A stretch of DNA of 64,000 nucleotides, from the IMG/VR virus record IMGVR_UViG_3300036715_004471, positions 186,001 to 250,000 of that record. One strand, written 5' to 3'. Shown in pieces: positions 58,751 through 64,000 of the stretch (position 1 is its first letter; each line of letters begins with the position of its first letter). The notes beneath the pieces were generated by a model. It was not told the DNA's origin, searched no databases, and saw only the letters and a program-made list of their open reading frames with translations. The translations under genes and the position numbers were made by a program.

Positions 58751-61700
58751 TTAGAACATTCTCTTGGAAGTCTTATTGAATGCTGCGGACAATAATGACC
58801 AGTCATCTTCCACTTGTGCTACGTTATTTTCACCAGAACCAAGTATTCCTACTTGAGGCATACGACCAGCTTCTTTACGCATTGTTGGGCTGTGTTTTGC
58901 AACTACTCTCTTCAAAGTATCGAAACTGTCGTCGTTAAACTTCATGATTTCATCAACTTGTGAGGCGATAGCGATCTTATCGCTGTGGCATAAACCACGG
59001 TCAACCATATCGTAAGCTACTTCGTAAGCTCTTGCAAGCTTGACTTTGTATTTGTTCAACTCATCTTCCATTTGAGCCTTGACATGTTCTTTGACTAATT
59101 CACTGGCGAATTCACCACCACCGTCAACTTGACTGAAGTATTTCTTGTAATAAGAAACAGCATCCTTATCTAGACCTTCTGATACTAGAGCATCAAGATC
59201 AGCTGGGTCAAGTTTACCTTCACTAATTAATCTGTGAATGGCTTCGGCTTCTTTACGAACCTTTGGTGGAGCTTTTGCAAGATCCATCATAGCCTTGTTA
59301 ACTTCTGAAAGGGTTTCTACATAACCCATGTTATCAGATGGCTTGGTATCAAGACCCTTGACTTGACCGTCGGCTAGATTATCGGCTGTATCCATAATGT
59401 CGAAGAATTTAGCTCTAGACATATCTTGAAGTTGTCCGTCATCTTGCTTACCAGTTGGATCAAAAGCGAACTTTCCTAAAGCTTCAGCAGCCAACTTAGC
59501 ACGCATTACGTTGCGCCTTGATCTGTTATCAAAACCAGCAGTTACTTGAACTGTTGTTCCTGGCTTGACATTCAAGTCTTTCAACTCTTCTTTGTTAGCC
59601 ATTAGATCATTGTCATCAGCAAGTGCTGAACCATCAAAAACTTGATCTTGACCGTCAGGACCTTCTTCACCCAAATCTGGGAAACTTTCATCTTCTCCTA
59701 AGCCTTCGCCCAAATCTTCGGAACCGACAGAACCTTCATCCAAATCTTCAAGAGTTGGATCCGCATCACCATCTGTCATGTGAGCGTTATCATCATCGTC
59801 CATCATTTCTTTGACGGAACCTAAATCCCTATTTGTATCTTCAATAAGAGCCATTAAGCTGTCATCGCCACTACCACTCATAGATTCTCCCTCAGCCTCA
59901 GCAAGTGCTTCAAGTTCTGCTTCGATTTCAGCACGTTTGACGATAGCTTTGGTGCCACGAGCATATTTAACGAAGGCAGTCATTAGTCTGAAACCATCTG
60001 CAACGGCAGTCTTGGCTTCGTTTGTTGCATCTTCTAAGATAGAATTAACTAGATCTTCATTGGAGCCAGTAACCGCTCCCTTGTCATATAATCCTACAAT
60101 AGTGCTCAATTCTTCTTCGTGATCGTTAAGCTCAGCAATTACTTCCTTCATGGCGCTAGTCATAGACTCATTCAATTCGCCTCTCAAGGAATTCATTTGC
60201 TCTGTGCTAAAGTCTGAGGCAGTAGCACCCATTTCGGCACCACTAGCACCAATGTCAGCGCCCATTTCAGCTTGTTCACCAGTCAAAGCTCTTACAGCCT
60301 CTACTAGATCAGAGGAAAGGTCTCTAACTTTTTCAGCCAACTCAACTGCGGATTCTTTTGGATCACCAGTTTTACCAGTATCTTCTCCAGTAGGAGCAGC
60401 ACCGGCACTAGGATCAACTGGAGGGGCAGCGGGAACTGCGGCGCCAGCAGAAGGATCAGCAGGAGGTGGGGTTTGAGCATTTTTTACCAAATCACGGACT
60501 CTATCAGCACCGTAAACTTTAACTTTTTCAAGTAATCTTTGACCGAATTCAGCGGTATTAATGGTATCGTACATCATTTCAGAACGACCACCGGAAAGTT
60601 CTCTAACAGAGGCAGACAATAATAGTTTGTCTCCTAAACGAATTTCCCATGCGCTGTTTTCTAGATCTCTGGTTCCATCATTTCTAGAAGCTCTAACGAA
60701 TCTACCATGTAGAGTATTAGCTCTACGTAGCATTTCTTTACGCTTTAATTCATCAGAAGTGTCTGCTGATTCTGGGCTTGGGTGTAAGCCGTCTACTTTG
60801 CCTACATCTGGGAATGGCTTTTGACCATGCATGTGCTTATCATCTTCGTAAGCCATGTGACCCTTATCAGCTGGATACTTTGGTTTACCCGGAGTTGGAG
60901 CGCCCGGATTCTTATCGTCTCCATTTAAGAAGTAAGCCTTTTTCTCTTCCAAAGCTTGCTTGGCAAGGTTTACAATTGCTTGACGACGCAAAGCCTTTTC
61001 TTCTGCATCGGCACGAGCAAGCATTCTCTTACGCTCTAGCTCGGAGACTCCGGAGCTTTCAACACCAGGGTGCATACCATCAACTGGTCCTATATCTGGG
61101 AATGGCTTTTGTCCATGAAGATGCTTGTCCTCTTCATAAGCCATGTGACCTGGATCCTTTGGATATTTAGGTTGACCAGGGGTAGGTTCTTCCGTTCCTT
61201 GGTAGTAACCTTGTTTATTCATTTCTCTTGAAGACATAGTTTCCTCGTGTATATTTGTAGACTTTGCTAACTTATCCAAACTTTGTTTCATATGATTCAA
61301 TTTTGCTTCGATTGCTGCTGTAACTTCACGCAGCTCTTCAATTGAAGTCGTTTCAATTTTAGATGAAGCAAATCTTGCATGTGGTGGAGCTAATCCAGAA
61401 TCAGTATTAGGAGTTTCTATCTCATCATTTATAGAGATAGAACCTGAAGATTGATTAAATGCAAGATCATTAGTATCTTTTTCAGAATTTTCTACAGAAC
61501 TATTTATATCCTGTAATTTTCTGAATGCTGTCTCGATATCTTTTTTGAATTCTTCGAAGGCACTTTGAGATGATAATTTGCCAAATTCCTTAGATTTATT
61601 CTCAAGATAAGTATTCAGAGTATGAGCAGAAGCAATAATGTGTTTAATATTTGCTTTAGGATCGGCGCCATTAACTACAATGGATAATTCAATTGGATTC

Positions 61701-62371
61701 AAATCCACATTGATTTCACCATAACCAGTCTTACGCCTCATGTGTTCACAAAAATCTGCCTCAGCTCTAGCTACAGTAGCACAATCACTACAAATGGCTC
61801 TACCTACAGCGGTACCCATAGATACGCAGTTAGAATAACCAGTAGAAACCTTTCTAGCTAAATCTGGATAATTATGTTTGTCTAAAGCACAAAGAGCAAT
61901 TACTCTTTTCAAATTACGATCATAATAAGTATCAACAATAAAACCTCTTACATGATCGACTGAGCTTGATTTATGATCTATGCAAAGAGGCTTGTGAACC
62001 CATTTTTTATAAGCTTTTACTAATTCTTCTTCCGGAAAAATATCTCCATTAGAATTCTTATATGGCTTGATGCTTGGATCATTAGATGTCCAGCGCCAAG
62101 TGCCACCTCTTTTATCCCAACCAACTTGTACTTGTTCTCCTCTAGCATTTAGCTTGAGAGTACCATCATCGTTGAGAGAAGATGCCTCAGCAGCATGCAT
62201 CATAACAGCTGAGAAATACAAAAAGTCTTCAGCCTTAGGAGCTATCTTCTTAAGATTAGCGGCTGTTTTTCTAAAATTTTCCAATACTTCAGCACTGACT
62301 GCCGGAATACAAGATTCTGTATTCTCAATTCTGCTGATTTCAATAAGTTCACCCAATTTGACAAATGGCAT
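58751..62371 (-). CDS. Prohead protease-scaffold fusion (HK97/assemblin-type protease domain)
   Basis: N-terminal domain with PLCIDH (His), CVSMG (Ser) and IELSIVVNGADP; remainder acidic and coiled-coil, scaffold-like. Confidence 0.75.
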   Translation of the reverse strand: MPFVKLGELIEISRIENTESCIPAVSAEVLENFRKTAANLKKIAPKAEDFLYFSAVMMHAAEASSLNDDGTLKLNARGEQVQVGWDKRGGTWRWTSNDPSIKPYKNSNGDIFPEEELVKAYKKWVHKPLCIDHKSSSVDHVRGFIVDTYYDRNLKRVIALCALDKHNYPDLARKVSTGYSNCVSMGTAVGRAICSDCATVARAEADFCEHMRRKTGYGEINVDLNPIELSIVVNGADPKANIKHIIASAHTLNTYLENKSKEFGKLSSQSAFEEFKKDIETAFRKLQDINSSVENSEKDTNDLAFNQSSGSISINDEIETPNTDSGLAPPHARFASSKIETTSIEELREVTAAIEAKLNHMKQSLDKLAKSTNIHEETMSSREMNKQGYYQGTEEPTPGQPKYPKDPGHMAYEEDKHLHGQKPFPDIGPVDGMHPGVESSGVSELERKRMLARADAEEKALRRQAIVNLAKQALEEKKAYFLNGDDKNPGAPTPGKPKYPADKGHMAYEDDKHMHGQKPFPDVGKVDGLHPSPESADTSDELKRKEMLRRANTLHGRFVRASRNDGTRDLENSAWEIRLGDKLLLSASVRELSGGRSEMMYDTINTAEFGQRLLEKVKVYGADRVRDLVKNAQTPPPADPSAGAAVPAAPPVDPSAGAAPTGEDTGKTGDPKESAVELAEKVRDLSSDLVEAVRALTGEQAEMGADIGASGAEMGATASDFSTEQMNSLRGELNESMTSAMKEVIAELNDHEEELSTIVGLYDKGAVTGSNEDLVNSILEDATNEAKTAVADGFRLMTAFVKYARGTKAIVKRAEIEAELEALAEAEGESMSGSGDDSLMALIEDTNRDLGSVKEMMDDDDNAHMTDGDADPTLEDLDEGSVGSEDLGEGLGEDESFPDLGEEGPDGQDQVFDGSALADDNDLMANKEELKDLNVKPGTTVQVTAGFDNRSRRNVMRAKLAAEALGKFAFDPTGKQDDGQLQDMSRAKFFDIMDTADNLADGQVKGLDTKPSDNMGYVETLSEVNKAMMDLAKAPPKVRKEAEAIHRLISEGKLDPADLDALVSEGLDKDAVSYYKKYFSQVDGGGEFASELVKEHVKAQMEDELNKYKVKLARAYEVAYDMVDRGLCHSDKIAIASQVDEIMKFNDDSFDTLKRVVAKHSPTMRKEAGRMPQVGILGSGENNVAQVEDDWSLLSAAFNKTSKRMF

Positions 62372-62374
62372 TAT

Positions 62375-62536
62375 TTATCTCCCTGATTTCTTCTCTATTG
62401 AAGTATCAGCACTGTCGTCCTCAGACTGCTTAGTTAATTTCTTTGACAAGTCATTAACAGATTGTTTTTGTTGTTCTGTTAATTCTTCTTCATCAAGAAC
62501 AGTCATTATTTTTCCATCACCATGTTTTATAAACAT
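62375..62536 (-). CDS. Small charged hypothetical protein (53 aa); start revised to ATG 62536
   Basis: GGAG RBS; stop 3 nt before the protease ATG. Confidence 0.5.
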   Translation of the reverse strand: MFIKHGDGKIMTVLDEEELTEQQKQSVNDLSKKLTKQSEDDSADTSIEKKSGR

Positions 62537-62640
62537 CTTAACTCTCCGTCTGAGAGAATCATAATAAGTACAATTACTATAAGGAATTATTGCTATAACG
62601 TGCAACTTACTCTCTCGTATACAACATTATTACCAAATTT

Positions 62641-63288
62641 TTAACCTACTTGTGTTCTCTCTTTTATTATTTCGTTTAGTTGATCTTGTCTTTTATTGAA
62701 AAGATCTAGTATCAAAGGCGTTTTCTTCTGCACTCGCATTTGTAAATCGTCACTAACAGTATCAACCCAGCTTTTAGCCAAAATGTTGGATTGAATGTGA
62801 GATTTGATTCTTTCATCAATGATCTCATCTATTTCTTCACACTGTTTTTGAATATTTTCAATTGAAGTTACTACAGTTTTGGCAAATTCTTTTGATTCCA
62901 AATCATTAAAAACATCTGCAAAACTATTAACTTTTACTTCTAAATCATCAATTGAAGATATGAAAGACTTCATTAATTTTAGTGTTTGAGTATCTGAAGA
63001 AAAAACTTGCATTACATTAATACATTTGAATGCCGCAACCTTAAATTCATTAAAATTCTCAATTGATTTGTCTCTAAATCTTCTAATAGCTGCACGTGCC
63101 TTTTGAACATCATCGGGAGACATTTCTGGATTATCTTTGAATGGAGTTTTCATAATATCCAAATGATTGGATGCCATGTCTAACATTTTCAATGAATGAT
63201 TAAAACATAATAAGGCTCGTTCTGCCTGCATCTTTTCAGAATCAGAAACATCATATGTCATTTGAACAGAATAGCCCTTTTTAATCAT
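62641..63288 (-). CDS. Helical hypothetical protein; start revised to ATG 63288
   Basis: ATG overlaps the phosphatase stop (TATGATTAA). Confidence 0.6.
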   Translation of the reverse strand: MIKKGYSVQMTYDVSDSEKMQAERALLCFNHSLKMLDMASNHLDIMKTPFKDNPEMSPDDVQKARAAIRRFRDKSIENFNEFKVAAFKCINVMQVFSSDTQTLKLMKSFISSIDDLEVKVNSFADVFNDLESKEFAKTVVTSIENIQKQCEEIDEIIDERIKSHIQSNILAKSWVDTVSDDLQMRVQKKTPLILDLFNKRQDQLNEIIKERTQVG

Positions 63289-64000
63289 AGAAAAACCCGC
63301 CATAATTCTCAGTTGGACCAAAACCTCTAGCACCAGCATCATTATCAAATGTTCCAACTTGAGGAATTGCGTCTTCTGAAGGATGTTCTTTTATTGGCTT
63401 ATTGGGATGGTAATTTTCTCTGGTAGGAGATTGGTCGTCAATATAATTATATACAGCGTCCATTGGATTTTGTCTAGTTTGACTTAAATATGGAGCAAAT
63501 GATCCTTGATGTCCTTCATCTAAAAAAGAGTCTCTATTATCACTCTTATATTCTCTCTCGTTCGAGACAATATCAGCTTGATTAACATCTTTAATAGGTT
63601 TGCAATTTCTAATAAGCTTTTTATAAGTATTTATTACATGTGGCGGTAACCCAACTCCAAATCCTAATGATTCTGCTTCTTGAATAGCCTTTTCAGAATC
63701 TTTACCCAAAAATTTACACTCTATAAGCGCACAAGCTAATCCCGTACGATCTTTACCATGTAAACAATGGATAAAAGTTGGACCACCTGTTAGAAATAAC
63801 TTATTAAAATCATGACTTAAAAAATCTAATAATGATTTACGAGTATAGTCTATTGGAACCATTACATGAATAATGCCGACCGCTTTACAAATACGATCTA
63901 TCTTGTCTCCCGATTCTTTATCTAGGGAAACAATCTTTTTGATACCAAATTTTTTTAGATTAGCTACATCTTGAGGAGAAGGGGCGCTGCCACGATATAA
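63281..64000 (-). CDS. Cys-based (CX5R) tyrosine/dual-specificity phosphatase, 5-prime partial
   Basis: FIHCLHGKDRTG signature; frame stays open to the window edge, adding LYRGSAPSPQDVANLKKFGIKKIVSL, typical of the DSP N-terminus. Confidence 0.85.
   Translation of the reverse strand, partial: LYRGSAPSPQDVANLKKFGIKKIVSLDKESGDKIDRICKAVGIIHVMVPIDYTRKSLLDFLSHDFNKLFLTGGPTFIHCLHGKDRTGLACALIECKFLGKDSEKAIQEAESLGFGVGLPPHVINTYKKLIRNCKPIKDVNQADIVSNEREYKSDNRDSFLDEGHQGSFAPYLSQTRQNPMDAVYNYIDDQSPTRENYHPNKPIKEHPSEDAIPQVGTFDNDAGARGFGPTENYGGFFYD

Noticed and set aside
973-62371. Full stop-codon recoding (code 15 or 4)
   Set aside because: ORFs up to 1961 aa are intact under the standard code and TGA is used as a stop ten times.
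62067-62564. Longer antisense ORFs (also 24510..24935, 39759..40181, 55012..55407, 60778..61170)
   Set aside because: They are fully antisense to well-supported genes and lack recognisable motifs or RBSs.

Overview
This window is the virion-morphogenesis region of a large, AT-rich (roughly 30-35% GC by eye) tailed bacteriophage with a contractile tail, probably a jumbo myophage. About 50 tightly packed genes lie almost entirely on the minus strand, many with Shine-Dalgarno sites. In transcription order (right to left): CX5R phosphatase (partial), prohead protease-scaffold fusion, small paralogous and basic head proteins, putative internal/ejection proteins, two cement-like paralogs, HK97-type major capsid protein, an accessory fibre/appendage block with HNH and cold-shock genes, a three-gene plus-strand island, neck proteins and an HExxH peptidase, fibres and a holin-like gene, tail completion protein, sheath, tube, tail chaperones joined by a -1 frameshift, tape measure, tube initiator, hub, spike and baseplate wedge genes. 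I found no tRNA, rRNA, CRISPR array or transposase. The most interesting unexplained signals are: (1) a possible head-cargo system made of a shared ~35-aa helical module plus a recurrent hydrophobic-x-K-x-A motif that may be the protease cleavage site; (2) strong local enrichment of the tripeptide DGY in neck, fibre and sheath proteins, in a region that also encodes a CX5R phosphatase; (3) a pseudoknot-capable RNA leader before the capsid gene; (4) no TAG stop among 51 called genes, plus one TAG-interrupted small ORF. All product calls come from motif recognition and gene order by eye; no database search was run.
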